Shown piece by piece: positions 17,373 through 26,853 of a DNA stretch of 64,000 nt. Each line of letters opens with the position of its first letter. Within the stretch, counting starts at the first letter, position 1. Both the position numbers and the translations under genes were made by a program. A model generated the notes under the pieces. It saw only the letters and a list, made by a program, of their open reading frames with translations. It did no database searches and was not told the origin of the DNA. The stretch comes from Escherichia phage vB_EcoM-RPN226, in the sequence record OL770073.2; one strand, written 5' to 3'.

Positions 17373-17709
17373 AGATGATTTAGATTTAGATCTAGAAATT
17401 ATCGATGAATCCCCCTCTTCGGAGGGGGAAGAAGAAAGAAAAGAACGTCTTTTTAATGAATCTCTTAAGATAATTAAATCTGCTATGGAAAATGTTATCC
17501 AGGAGATTGTCATTAAACTAGAAGACGGTTCTACACACATTGTGTATGTGACAAAATTAGATTGGGTTGATGGAAAAGTCGTAATGGACTTTGCTGTTCT
17601 TGACCAAGAAAGAAAAGCTGAGTTAGCTCCTCATGCAGAAAAATGTATTACAATGCAACTACAAGATGCATTTAATAAAAGGTCAAAGAAAAAATTTAAA
17701 TTCTTTTAA
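17365..17709 (+). CDS. 40: head vertex assembly chaperone gp40
   Basis: 114 aa from MNKDDLDLDLEIIDE; acidic N-terminus; position after uvsX. Confidence 0.7.
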   Translation: MNKDDLDLDLEIIDESPSSEGEEERKERLFNESLKIIKSAMENVIQEIVIKLEDGSTHIVYVTKLDWVDGKVVMDFAVLDQERKAELAPHAEKCITMQLQDAFNKRSKKKFKFF

Positions 17710-17718
17710 GGAGTAAGT

Positions 17719-19146
17719 GTGGTAGAAATTATTCTTTCTCATCTCATATTTGATCAAGCTTATTTTTCAAAAGTTTGGCCATATATGGATTCAGAATATT
17801 TTGAAAGTGGTCCAGCTAAAAATACATTCAAATTAATTAAATCTCATGTTAATGAGTACCATAGCGTTCCATCTATTAATGCGTTAAATGTTGCATTAGA
17901 AAATAGTTCATTTACTGAAACAGAATATTCTGGTGTAAAAACACTTATTTCAAAACTGGCCGATTCTCCGGAAGACCATAGCTGGTTAGTAAAAGAAACA
18001 GAAAAATATGTTCAGCAAAGGGCGATGTTTAACGCCACATCTAAAATAATTGAAATTCAAACTAATGCTGAGCTTCCTCCGGAAAAACGAAATAAGAAAA
18101 TGCCAGATGTAGGTGCTATTCCTGACATCATGCGCCAAGCATTATCAATTTCATTTGATAGCTACGTTGGTCATGATTGGATGGATGACTACGAAGCACG
18201 TTGGCTATCTTATATGAATAAAGCTCGTAAGGTTCCATTTAAACTCAAAATTCTAAATAAAATTACTAAAGGCGGAGCTGAGACTGGAACACTGAACGTT
18301 TTAATGGCTGGTGTTAACGTTGGTAAGTCATTAGGATTGTGTTCATTGGCAGCAGATTATTTGCAGCTCGGACACAATGTTCTTTACATTTCCATGGAAA
18401 TGGCAGAAGAAGTCTGTGCTAAACGTATTGATGCTAATATGCTTGACGTTTCTCTTGATGACATTGATGATGGGCATATTTCTTACGCTGAATATAAAGG
18501 AAAAATGGAAAAATGGCGTGAGAAATCTACTCTTGGACGTTTAATCGTTAAACAGTATCCTACTGGTGGAGCAGACGCTAATACATTTCGATCGCTTTTG
18601 AACGAATTAAAGCTCAAGAAGAATTTTGTTCCAACAATCATTATTGTCGACTATCTAGGTATTTGTAAATCTTGTCGCATCAGAGTTTACTCAGAAAATA
18701 GTTACACAACTGTTAAAGCTATCGCAGAGGAATTGCGTGCTCTAGCTGTTGAAACCGAAACTGTTCTTTGGACTGCAGCGCAGGTTGGTAAGCAAGCTTG
18801 GGATTCTTCTGATGTTAACATGAGCGATATTGCAGAATCCGCCGGTCTTCCAGCAACAGCCGATTTTATGCTTGCGGTCATTGAAACCGAGGAGTTAGCA
18901 GCTGCTGAACAGCAACTCATTAAGCAAATCAAATCACGATATGGTGATAAGAATAAATGGAATAAGTTTTTGATGGGTGTTCAAAAAGGAAATCAGAAAT
19001 GGGTAGAAATTGAACAAGATTCTACTCCAACTGAAGTGAACGAAGTAGCAGGTTCACAGCAGATTCAGGCTGAACAGAACCGCTATCAAAGAAATGAATC
19101 GGCTCGAGCTCAGTTAGATGCTTTGGCAAATGAATTAAAATTTTAG
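17719..19146 (+). CDS. 41: replicative DNA helicase gp41 (DnaB-like)
   Basis: 475 aa as in T4 gp41; Walker A GVNVGKS; GTG start after AAGGAG. Confidence 0.95.
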   Translation: MVEIILSHLIFDQAYFSKVWPYMDSEYFESGPAKNTFKLIKSHVNEYHSVPSINALNVALENSSFTETEYSGVKTLISKLADSPEDHSWLVKETEKYVQQRAMFNATSKIIEIQTNAELPPEKRNKKMPDVGAIPDIMRQALSISFDSYVGHDWMDDYEARWLSYMNKARKVPFKLKILNKITKGGAETGTLNVLMAGVNVGKSLGLCSLAADYLQLGHNVLYISMEMAEEVCAKRIDANMLDVSLDDIDDGHISYAEYKGKMEKWREKSTLGRLIVKQYPTGGADANTFRSLLNELKLKKNFVPTIIIVDYLGICKSCRIRVYSENSYTTVKAIAEELRALAVETETVLWTAAQVGKQAWDSSDVNMSDIAESAGLPATADFMLAVIETEELAAAEQQLIKQIKSRYGDKNKWNKFLMGVQKGNQKWVEIEQDSTPTEVNEVAGSQQIQAEQNRYQRNESARAQLDALANELKF

Positions 19147-19176
19147 TTTACAAGCTGACAAGACTATGGTATAGTA
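19146..19176 (+). promoter_or_regulatory. T4-type early promoter upstream of dmd
   Basis: GTTTAC ... TATAGT with about 18-bp spacer. Confidence 0.5.
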
Positions 19177-19204
19177 GTCTTGTTGGTTAAATGAGGAGAT
19201 TTTT

Positions 19205-19387
19205 ATGGAATTGGTAAAGGTAGTTTTTATGGGGTGGTTTAAGAATGAAAGCATGTTTACTAAAGAAATCACAATGATGAAAGATGACGTTCAATGGGCT
19301 ACTACTCAATATGCTGAAGTTAATAAAGCATTAGTTAAAGCTTTCATTGATGACAAGAAAGTATGTGAAGTTGATTGTCGAGGATAA
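19205..19387 (+). CDS. dmd: discriminator of mRNA degradation Dmd (antitoxin to RnlA/LsoA)
   Basis: 60 aa MELVKVVFMGWFKNESMF..., matches T4 Dmd as recalled; position after gene 41. Confidence 0.7.
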   Translation: MELVKVVFMGWFKNESMFTKEITMMKDDVQWATTQYAEVNKALVKAFIDDKKVCEVDCRG

Positions 19388-19388
19388 T

Positions 19389-19646
19389 ATGCATATTGTT
19401 TTATTTAAACCTACTCCGTATAATGTCAGGAAAAATACTCAATTCAAAGCACTTGTTGCAGATACGTGGGAATTGGTGTTAGATATTCCAGCAGAAGAAA
19501 GTCCTCCATTTGGTCGAGTGGAATTTATTAAGTTTGCTGTGCGCCCTACGAAGCGACAGATTCGTCAATGCAAAAGATACTTTCGTAAAATCGTCAAGTT
19601 AGAGAAACAGTTTGTAACATGTGATTATGCAGAAGTTTTAAAATAA
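19389..19646 (+). CDS. hypothetical protein (61.4-like position)
   Basis: 85 aa from ATG after GAGGA. Confidence 0.4.
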   Translation: MHIVLFKPTPYNVRKNTQFKALVADTWELVLDIPAEESPPFGRVEFIKFAVRPTKRQIRQCKRYFRKIVKLEKQFVTCDYAEVLK

Positions 19647-19706
19647 GTGTTTACTTTTGTTGAAAATTGAGATACTATATAAACATAAACTACTGAGGAG
19701 ATTATC

Positions 19707-20000
19707 ATGAAAAAATTTGTTTTTGCTACAATTTTTGCTTTAGCTTCTTGCGCTGCTCAGCCTGCTATGGCGGGTTATGACAAAGATTTGTGTGAATGGT
19801 CTATGACCGCAGATCAGACTGAGGTTGAAACTCAGATTGAAGCAGATATTATGAATATCGTTGAGCGTGATCGCCCTGAAATGAAAGCTGAAGTACAAAA
19901 ACAGCTTAAGTCTGGTGGTGTAATGCAGTATAATTACGTTCTGTATTGTGATAAAAACTTCAATAATAAAAATATCATCGCTGAAGTGGTAGGTGAATAA
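19707..20000 (+). CDS. sp: spackle periplasmic protein Sp (superinfection exclusion, lysozyme inhibitor)
   Basis: 97 aa with signal peptide MKKFVFATIFALASCAAQPAMA; matches T4 Sp. Confidence 0.7.
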   Translation: MKKFVFATIFALASCAAQPAMAGYDKDLCEWSMTADQTEVETQIEADIMNIVERDRPEMKAEVQKQLKSGGVMQYNYVLYCDKNFNNKNIIAEVVGE

Positions 20001-20012
20001 TTAGAGGTTAAT

Positions 20013-20177
20013 ATGAAAACATTTAAAGAATTTATCAAAGAAGATATGGTCGCTGGAGATTCAGGTGGTAATCCTGAAAATATCTCTACTGGAACAACAT
20101 CAGGCGCTGTAGTAAATAAAGGTCCTGAACAGATTCCTAAAAAGAAAAAAGAGGAATCTAAAGAAAAAGAAGAGTAA
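20013..20177 (+). CDS. hypothetical small protein (54 aa)
   Basis: hand-translated MKTFKEFIKEDMVAGDSGGNPENIST...; lysine-rich C-terminus. Confidence 0.3.
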   Translation: MKTFKEFIKEDMVAGDSGGNPENISTGTTSGAVVNKGPEQIPKKKKEESKEKEE

Positions 20178-20179
20178 AA

Positions 20180-21208
20180 ATGTCATCAATACCTTGGATT
20201 GATAATGAGTTTGCATACCGTGCATTAGCTCATTTACCTAAATTCACACAAGTAAATAATAGTTCAACTTTTAAATTGCGGTTTAGATGCCCAGTGTGTG
20301 GAGATTCAAAAACCGACCAGAATAAAGCTCGTGGATGGTATTATGGTGATAATAATGAAGGAAATATTCATTGTTATAACTGTAACTATCATGCACCAAT
20401 CGGAATATATTTAAAGGAGTTTGAACCTGATTTATATCGTGAGTATATCTTTGAAATAAGAAAAGAAAAAGGTAAAAGTCGTCCAGTAGAAAAACCTAAA
20501 GAACTTCCTAAACAACCTGAGAAGAAAATAATTAAATCTCTTCCGTCATGCATTAGATTAGATAAACTGGCGGAAGACCATCCAATTATAAAATACGTAA
20601 AAGCTCGTTGTATTCCAAAGGACAAATGGAAATATCTTTGGTTTACAACCGAATGGCCTAAATTGGTTAATAGCATAGCACCGGGAACATATAAAAAGGA
20701 AATACCTGAGCCTCGTCTTGTTATTCCAATTTATAATGCTAATGGAAAAGCTGAGTCTTTTCAAGGACGTGCATTAAAGAAAGATGCTCCTCAAAAATAT
20801 ATCACCATCAAAGCTTATCCTGAGGCAACAAAAATATATGGAGTCGAACGAGTCAAAGATGGTGATGTATATGTTCTAGAAGGACCTATAGATTCACTTT
20901 TTATTGAAAATGGTATAGCTATTACAGGTGGTCAATTAGACCTAGAAATTGTTCCATTTAAAGATAGACGTGTATGGGTTTTAGATAATGAACCTCGTCA
21001 TCCTGACACTATTAAACGAATGACTAAATTAGTTGATGCAGGAGAAAGGGTTATGTTTTGGGACAAATCTCCCTGGAAATCAAAAGATGTTAATGATATG
21101 ATTAGAAAGGAAGGTGCAACCCCTGAACAAATTATGGAATATATGAGAAATAATATTGCCCAGGGGTTGATGGCTAAAATGCGGCTATCTAAATATGCTA
21201 AGATTTAA
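20180..21208 (+). CDS. 61: DNA primase gp61
   Basis: 342 aa as in T4 gp61; N-terminal zinc ribbon CPVCGDS...CYNC, TOPRIM-like core. Confidence 0.95.
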   Translation: MSSIPWIDNEFAYRALAHLPKFTQVNNSSTFKLRFRCPVCGDSKTDQNKARGWYYGDNNEGNIHCYNCNYHAPIGIYLKEFEPDLYREYIFEIRKEKGKSRPVEKPKELPKQPEKKIIKSLPSCIRLDKLAEDHPIIKYVKARCIPKDKWKYLWFTTEWPKLVNSIAPGTYKKEIPEPRLVIPIYNANGKAESFQGRALKKDAPQKYITIKAYPEATKIYGVERVKDGDVYVLEGPIDSLFIENGIAITGGQLDLEIVPFKDRRVWVLDNEPRHPDTIKRMTKLVDAGERVMFWDKSPWKSKDVNDMIRKEGATPEQIMEYMRNNIAQGLMAKMRLSKYAKI

Positions 21209-21405
21209 ATTAACCCAACTAAAGCAAATGCTAAATCTACGAATGTATCAAGAGTAATTACTGGAATATTAACGCCATGAGCAATAGCAATTGGTGATAA
21301 AACAAAATTCCAGAGTAAAATTCCTATCATAGCAGAAATAGTAAAAGCTATACGTTTTTTATTACCTTTTATGGCATCGACAAGTGCCATTAATTTTTGT
21401 ACCAT
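21205..21405 (-). CDS. small membrane protein (66 aa), opposite strand
   Basis: strong RBS AAGGAGGA upstream on - strand; two hydrophobic segments; convergent with primase. Confidence 0.4.
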   Translation of the reverse strand: MVQKLMALVDAIKGNKKRIAFTISAMIGILLWNFVLSPIAIAHGVNIPVITLDTFVDLAFALVGLI

Positions 21406-21475
21406 ATGTCCTCCTTATTGCTTTATATATTTATTGTATAATTAATCTATTAACCCATGAATTGAAAGGATATAT

Positions 21476-22126
21476 GTGAATTACCAAAAAATTTACTCGG
21501 CTTTAATTACAAAAGCTAAATGCCGGCATCTTGGCGGATATAAAGAACGCCATCATATAATTCCTAGATGTATGGGAGGAGCAGATGGCAAAAACAATCT
21601 TGTTGAGTTAACTGCGCGTGAGCATTTTATAGCTCATAGATTATTAACTAAAATATATCCAGATGTGAGAGGATTGCATTATGCTGTAAATTTAATGCGA
21701 TATAATAAAGGTGTTAAATTAACAAGTAGATTAATAGAAACCCTTAAAATCCAAAACTCTGTTCTTTTCTCGGGTGAAAATAATCCTAGATATGGCAAGC
21801 CGTCATGGATTAAAGGTAAAAAGACTCCAGAAGAAACTAAAGCCAAAATGCGTCTAGCTCATAAAGGTAAAATTATATCCGATGAAGCCAAGGCTAATAT
21901 GAGTAAAGCCCGAAAAGGAAGATTTAGCGGTAAAAATTCGCCTCGATATGGTTTACCAAATCCTAGGCGAGGAGAAATATGGAATAGTTATGATGCGCTT
22001 TATGAATTATGGGTTTATAATAATAGACCTAAGCGCACAAAATTTAATAAAATAGCTGTCAAGGCAGGTTATCCTAATATCTGCTATAGACATATGATAG
22101 AAAACTTCATAAGAAAGGAAAAATAA
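21476..22126 (+). CDS. HNH homing endonuclease (Mob-like, free-standing)
   Basis: GTG start; HNH motif ERHHIIPRCMGG...NLVELTAREHFIAH; NUMOD-like repeats; paralog of ORF 2854..3708. Confidence 0.7.
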   Translation: MNYQKIYSALITKAKCRHLGGYKERHHIIPRCMGGADGKNNLVELTAREHFIAHRLLTKIYPDVRGLHYAVNLMRYNKGVKLTSRLIETLKIQNSVLFSGENNPRYGKPSWIKGKKTPEETKAKMRLAHKGKIISDEAKANMSKARKGRFSGKNSPRYGLPNPRRGEIWNSYDALYELWVYNNRPKRTKFNKIAVKAGYPNICYRHMIENFIRKEK

Positions 22127-22127
22127 C

Positions 22128-22646
22128 ATGCCACATTTCAACGAATGTTCGCAACTGATCGAAGGCGCTGATAAAGCTCAAAATGAATACTGGGATATTC
22201 TCGGTGATGAAAAAGACCCACTGCAGGTTATGCTTGATATGCAGAAATCTTTGCAGGTTCGTTTAGCTAAAGATAAACCTGAATATAACCGTCATCCTGA
22301 TGATTTGGCTACTGCAGGCGAAGTTGTTGATTGGCTGCGTAATCAGAAAGATTACATTGATGATGAATTCCGTGAACTTCTGACTTCTCTTGGTGGTATG
22401 AGCAATGGTGAAAAAGATGCATCTGCTGTATGGAAGCCTTGGAAGTCGCAGCATGGTGAACGCCGTGAAACTCTAATTACTGATTTGTCTCCTCAAGACC
22501 AGTTGGAAATTAAATTCGAAATGATTGATATTCTTCATTTCGTTCTGAACATGTTCCAAGGTCTCGGCCTTACTGCTGAAGAAATCTTTAAACTTTATTA
22601 TTTGAAGAATGCTGAAAACTTCGCTCGTCAAGATCGAGGTTATTAA
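22128..22646 (+). CDS. 56: dCTP/dUTP pyrophosphatase gp56 (MazG-like)
   Basis: 172 aa, matches T4 gp56. Confidence 0.9.
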   Translation: MPHFNECSQLIEGADKAQNEYWDILGDEKDPLQVMLDMQKSLQVRLAKDKPEYNRHPDDLATAGEVVDWLRNQKDYIDDEFRELLTSLGGMSNGEKDASAVWKPWKSQHGERRETLITDLSPQDQLEIKFEMIDILHFVLNMFQGLGLTAEEIFKLYYLKNAENFARQDRGY

Positions 22647-22855
22647 TGGCTCGTTTAAATAAACGCCAGCTTAAGAAAGCCCGCAAGAAACGTATTGACC
22701 AGCTATTTAAAAATTATGACAAAGAGCTCGTATGTGAGCTCTTATCTAATCAGCTTCGCGTGGTTGATTGGGTTGATTGGGTTGTAGAAGAAGGTCCTGA
22801 TGAAATTTTTGTCAGCGAAGAAGCCTTAAAATTAATTATAGAACATTCAAAATGA
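22646..22855 (+). CDS. hypothetical protein
   Basis: 69-aa basic N-terminus ORF. Confidence 0.4.
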   Translation: MARLNKRQLKKARKKRIDQLFKNYDKELVCELLSNQLRVVDWVDWVVEEGPDEIFVSEEALKLIIEHSK

Positions 22856-23025
22856 AAATATCCAAAGAAGAATTTATTAGACGTCAAAAAGCTTTAATTA
22901 ATTTATACGAGTGGTATGCTTATCAGCTTAAAGTAGATAGCTCTAATATAAATGCTGTAATGGCTTTATATAAACAAATTCAAGATGAACATGAATTCCT
23001 GGCACAAGTTTTCGTTGAAGACTGA
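22852..23025 (+). CDS. hypothetical small protein (57 aa)
   Basis: hand-translated MKISKEEFIRRQKALINLYEWYAYQLK...; ATG overlaps previous stop. Confidence 0.3.
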   Translation: MKISKEEFIRRQKALINLYEWYAYQLKVDSSNINAVMALYKQIQDEHEFLAQVFVED

Positions 23026-23033
23026 TATAAATA
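23026..23033 (+). promoter_or_regulatory. T4 late promoter TATAAATA upstream of soc
   Basis: exact TATAAATA about 30 nt upstream of soc ATG. Confidence 0.6.
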
Positions 23034-23063
23034 ATCATGTAATTTAAATAAAAGGAGAATTAC

Positions 23064-23309
23064 ATGGCTAGTACTCGCGGTTATGTTAATATCAAAACGT
23101 TTGAGCAGAAATTAGATGGAAATAAGAAAATTGAAGGAAAGGAAATTTCTGTAGCTTTCCCTCTTTATTCTGACGTTCACAAAATTTCTGGCGCTCATTA
23201 CCAGACATTCCCTTCAGAAAAAGCAGCATATTCTACAGTATATGAAGAAAATCAACGTGATGCATGGATTGCTGCAAACGAAGATTTGTGGAAAGTAACT
23301 GGTGGTTAA
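23064..23309 (+). CDS. soc: small outer capsid protein Soc
   Basis: 81 aa MASTRGYVNIKTFEQKLDGNKKIEGKEISVAFPLYSDVHKISGAHYQTF...; matches T4 Soc. Confidence 0.9.
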   Translation: MASTRGYVNIKTFEQKLDGNKKIEGKEISVAFPLYSDVHKISGAHYQTFPSEKAAYSTVYEENQRDAWIAANEDLWKVTGG

Positions 23310-23316
23310 TAATTCA

Positions 23317-23343
23317 AGGACTCCTTCGGGAGTCCTTTTTTCA
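23317..23343 (+). terminator. AGGACUCC-UUCG-GGAGUCCU hairpin with U7
   Basis: directly after soc stop. Confidence 0.7.
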
Positions 23344-23351
23344 TTTTACTG

Positions 23352-23382
23352 GTTTACTTTCCAAAATGAGTATGGTATAATA
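23352..23382 (+). promoter_or_regulatory. T4-type early promoter
   Basis: GTTTAC ... TGGTATAAT. Confidence 0.55.
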
Positions 23383-23407
23383 AAATTATCTTATAGAGGA
23401 GAGCACT

Positions 23408-23620
23408 ATGTTAAATCGCTGGATTAAACCAAATGAAGACCTTCAGAAGGTTCTTGATAAAGCTATCTCTGATAAATGGGGTATGAAAAGCTGGGATTGT
23501 GATATCGTCACGCATTCATTCATGATGCATGCAGATGGTTCAGTCGAGTTCAATGCTGAAATGCGATACACTGACTGGGGTGGATTTCAAAGAGTCGAAT
23601 TTCAAAGAGGCTTTTTGTAA
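23408..23620 (+). CDS. hypothetical protein
   Basis: 70-aa ORF. Confidence 0.4.
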   Translation: MLNRWIKPNEDLQKVLDKAISDKWGMKSWDCDIVTHSFMMHADGSVEFNAEMRYTDWGGFQRVEFQRGFL

Positions 23621-23961
23621 TGTTTATCTTCAATTGGTTTAAAAGTTTCTTTACGGATTTTTTCTCTACAACTCCCGGAGAAGGTGTAGTTCCTATTTCA
23701 AACGACTACCTTCCTTTAACTGTAGTTGAATATGTTTATATGGGAGATGGAACAGTAGAAGCAGTTACTATGACTTATGAAGAAGCCCAAGAATATTATA
23801 AAAATCCTTGGCGCTGGTCAACACCTACTGCATCATCTAATACACAGAATACACAATCTAGTTCTGATTCATATGACACTAATGTTCCTGTTCATGTATG
23901 GGCGGGCGATTCATGTGGAAGTTCTTGTGATTCTAGTTGTTCATCTACATCTTGTGATTGA
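23620..23961 (+). CDS. hypothetical protein with Ser/Cys-rich C-terminal tail
   Basis: 113 aa; C-terminus [19 protein letters not shown]. Confidence 0.4.
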   Translation: MFIFNWFKSFFTDFFSTTPGEGVVPISNDYLPLTVVEYVYMGDGTVEAVTMTYEEAQEYYKNPWRWSTPTASSNTQNTQSSSDSYDTNVPVHVWAGDSCGSSCDSSCSSTSCD

Positions 23962-23969
23962 GGAAAATT

Positions 23970-24455
23970 ATGGAAGCGATTTTGTTTGAAATGTATATTA
24001 GTAGTAATAGTTTGTCGTTTGCTAAAGACGTTCCAATTACCGTAGCAGTAATGATTGATAAGGGTTATTGTGACCCAATGTATCTCGTAGAAAATTTCGT
24101 TTCAATGCCAGTTCCAGAAGATGCTGAAATAAAGCTTAAAAAGATTGGTATCATTGAAACTGTACCAAATATTCCGTTTAGAGCAATTGAAGCATTTACT
24201 AAATCCGAATACATTAATGTTAGCGCAGAACAATATAATGATAAGCCTTTATCTTTTTATTCGTACGATTCACTATATAGTTGGAAAATAGATAAAGGAA
24301 ATAAATTTATAATTGCAAGTGAAGATGCTTTATCATACTTTATTTCTTCTGTATGGAATAGTTTACATCCAAATTTGCTAAAAATTCATGAATTTGATGA
24401 TGCTCCTACTGTTGTTTTAGGTAAAACAAATGAAAGTTCTGAAGAAGATTCTTGA
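23970..24455 (+). CDS. hypothetical protein (Mrh-like by size and position)
   Basis: 161 aa from ATG after GAGGAAAA; assignment by synteny and length only. Confidence 0.4.
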   Translation: MEAILFEMYISSNSLSFAKDVPITVAVMIDKGYCDPMYLVENFVSMPVPEDAEIKLKKIGIIETVPNIPFRAIEAFTKSEYINVSAEQYNDKPLSFYSYDSLYSWKIDKGNKFIIASEDALSYFISSVWNSLHPNLLKIHEFDDAPTVVLGKTNESSEEDS

Positions 24456-24633
24456 ATGGTTCAATAGACCAAACTCAATGTACATTGATGATGGTTGGGT
24501 TGAACAAGCAAATAAAGAAATGCAGAACGAATCAGAAGAATGGATGAAATCAATGATTAGCGTTGAGAAAGAAAAGAAATTAGAACGCTCAGCGCTTAAA
24601 TTGATGAGAGACATCTATGGGGATAAATCATGA
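24430..24633 (+). CDS. hypothetical protein
   Basis: 67-aa ORF. Confidence 0.35.
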   Translation: MKVLKKILEWFNRPNSMYIDDGWVEQANKEMQNESEEWMKSMISVEKEKKLERSALKLMRDIYGDKS

Positions 24634-24794
24634 ACAGAGATATGACGCTAGAAGAGGCCAAGGCTAAAGCAAATGAAGCATTGGATTTGCTTCTTAAAAT
24701 TGGCAGTAAAATGATGGAAGAAAATGAGAAATATATCCAGGAAAACAAAATTCCTGACGGCCCGTTAGTAGGCAAGAGGAAATCACATGATTGA
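24630..24794 (+). CDS. hypothetical small protein (54 aa)
   Basis: hand-translated; ATG overlaps previous stop, stop overlaps next ATG. Confidence 0.3.
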   Translation: MNRDMTLEEAKAKANEALDLLLKIGSKMMEENEKYIQENKIPDGPLVGKRKSHD

Positions 24795-25257
24795 AGTAGC
24801 AAAACATTATTCAATAGAATTTATGTCTAAAGAAGGTAAATCAGTAAATACACTTGATAAAAAGTGCTCATTAATTATTCCTTTAGCAGAAAATCCGGAT
24901 ATTTTAATTAAAGATATAAAAGAAAGAAAATATCCAGAAAATGTTATTCTAATTATAAAGCATACTGAAGATATTTTGCATAATACTGATTCACCGTTTT
25001 CTTCTTCTGAAGCTTTAACTATTAAAGGCTATAAAAGAGCTCATGAATATGGTCTTTTTGACCTGTTTGAAGACGATAAAGTTAAATTAGCGAGTCAACC
25101 TTCTAAAAGTAAAACATTCATTATTGAAGATATTAAAGATATAAATGCATTTGTTAAGATGGTCTGGGCTCATTTTGATGTTGGACTACGCTGGAGAATG
25201 TCCGAAGAAGAAAGAAAGATTATTGAAGCTAATCGTTATTTTGGTTTTTATCGCTAG
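24787..25257 (+). CDS. hypothetical protein
   Basis: 156-aa ORF. Confidence 0.4.
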   Translation: MIEVAKHYSIEFMSKEGKSVNTLDKKCSLIIPLAENPDILIKDIKERKYPENVILIIKHTEDILHNTDSPFSSSEALTIKGYKRAHEYGLFDLFEDDKVKLASQPSKSKTFIIEDIKDINAFVKMVWAHFDVGLRWRMSEEERKIIEANRYFGFYR

Positions 25258-25265
25258 GAATTAAT

Positions 25266-25448
25266 ATGGATTTATTTGAGATGTTAGAAGATAATCATTC
25301 TACGAATATCCAGAATGATTCTAGTGATTATAAGAAAGAATACCGTATAGTATTACAGAATTATGGAATTGAAGCCCCAGATGCTCTTCTAGAAGAACTA
25401 GCTTCATACCATCTTGACCCTCCGCCCTGGGCTCCCTGGGCAAAATAA
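25266..25448 (+). CDS. hypothetical protein
   Basis: 60-aa acidic ORF. Confidence 0.35.
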   Translation: MDLFEMLEDNHSTNIQNDSSDYKKEYRIVLQNYGIEAPDALLEELASYHLDPPPWAPWAK

Positions 25449-25459
25449 TTCAAAAAGTT

Positions 25460-25490
25460 GTTTACTTTCCTTCCTAACAATGATATGATA
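25460..25490 (+). promoter_or_regulatory. T4-type early promoter upstream of modB
   Basis: GTTTAC ... TATGAT. Confidence 0.5.
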
Positions 25491-25515
25491 GCTTCTGAAG
25501 TATATGGAGGCTATC

Positions 25516-26139
25516 ATGATTATTAATCCCGCAGATGTTGAACAGTTATCTATAAAAGCTGAAAGCGTTGATTTTCAATATGATATGTATAAAAAAGTCT
25601 GTGAAAAATTTACTGACTTCGAGCAGTCAGTTCTTTGGCAATGTATGGAAGCAAAAAAGAATGAAGCTCTTCATCGGCAGTTGAATAAAATCGTTAAAAA
25701 GCATTTAACTAAATCGCCTTATCAGCTATATCGTGGTATATCAAAATCGACAAAAGAACTCATTAAAGATTTACAAGTCGGAGAAGTGTTTTCAACGAAC
25801 AGAGTAGATTCATTTACTACTAGTTTGCACACAGCATGTGGTTTTTCTTATGTTGAATATTCCACTGAAATAATATTTCGCTTAAAAACTGATAAAGCTT
25901 TTAATTACTCTGACCATATCAGCGATATTATACTTTCTTCTCCTAATACTGAGTTTAAGTATACATATGAAGATACTGATGGATTAGATTCAGAACGTAC
26001 TGATAACTTAATGATGATTGTGCGTGAACAAGAATGGATGATTCCAATTGGAAAGTATAAAATAACTTCTATTTCAAAGGAAAAATTACACGATTCGTTT
26101 GGAACATTTAAAGTGTATGATATTGAGGTAGTTGAATGA
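25516..26139 (+). CDS. modB: ADP-ribosyltransferase ModB
   Basis: 207 aa from ATG after GGAGG; ART motifs YRG, STS-like FTTS, EQEWMIP. Confidence 0.7.
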   Translation: MIINPADVEQLSIKAESVDFQYDMYKKVCEKFTDFEQSVLWQCMEAKKNEALHRQLNKIVKKHLTKSPYQLYRGISKSTKELIKDLQVGEVFSTNRVDSFTTSLHTACGFSYVEYSTEIIFRLKTDKAFNYSDHISDIILSSPNTEFKYTYEDTDGLDSERTDNLMMIVREQEWMIPIGKYKITSISKEKLHDSFGTFKVYDIEVVE

Positions 26140-26738
26140 AATATTCAGCAATGCAATTAAAAGATTTTAAAATCAAATCAATGGATGCATCAGTGCGTGC
26201 TTCTATTCGTGAAGAATTACTTTCTGAAGGATTTAATTTATCTGAAATTGAACTTTTAATTCATTGTATTACTAATAAGCCAGACGATCATTCTTGGTTA
26301 AATGAAATAATCAAATCTCGTTTGGTTCCAAACGATAAACCTCTTTGGAGAGGTGTTCCAGTTGAGACTAAGCAGGTATTAAATCAAGGAATTGATATTA
26401 TTACATTTGATAAAGTAGTATCAGCTTCATATGATAAAAATATAGCTCTGCATTTTGCTTCTGGATTAGAATACAACACGCAAGTTATTTTTGAATTCAA
26501 AGCTCCTATGGTATTTAATTTCCAGGAGTATGCTATAAAAGCTTTACGTTGTAAAGAATATAGTCCGAGTTTTAAATTTCCAGATAGCCATCGCTATCGT
26601 AATATGGAATTAGTTTCAGATGAACAAGAAGTAATGATACCAGCTGGAAGTGTATTTAGAATTGCAGATAGATATGAGTATAAAAAGTATTCAACATACA
26701 CTATCTATACTCTTGACTTTGAAGGATTTAATCTATAA
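26136..26738 (+). CDS. modA: ADP-ribosyltransferase ModA
   Basis: 200 aa; ART motifs WRG, SAS, EQEVMIP; paralog of preceding ORF. Confidence 0.7.
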   Translation: MKYSAMQLKDFKIKSMDASVRASIREELLSEGFNLSEIELLIHCITNKPDDHSWLNEIIKSRLVPNDKPLWRGVPVETKQVLNQGIDIITFDKVVSASYDKNIALHFASGLEYNTQVIFEFKAPMVFNFQEYAIKALRCKEYSPSFKFPDSHRYRNMELVSDEQEVMIPAGSVFRIADRYEYKKYSTYTIYTLDFEGFNL

Positions 26739-26794
26739 TGGAAGGACTTAGATTCATTATACCATGAAAGTTTTAAAGCATTTTTCATAAAGTT

Positions 26795-26826
26795 GTTTAC
26801 AAGCTGAAGTAAAAATGATATAGTAT
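26795..26826 (+). promoter_or_regulatory. T4-type early promoter upstream of srd
   Basis: GTTTAC ... TATAGT. Confidence 0.5.
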
Positions 26827-26853
26827 AAGTAGTTAACCGTTCGTGAGAAAAAT

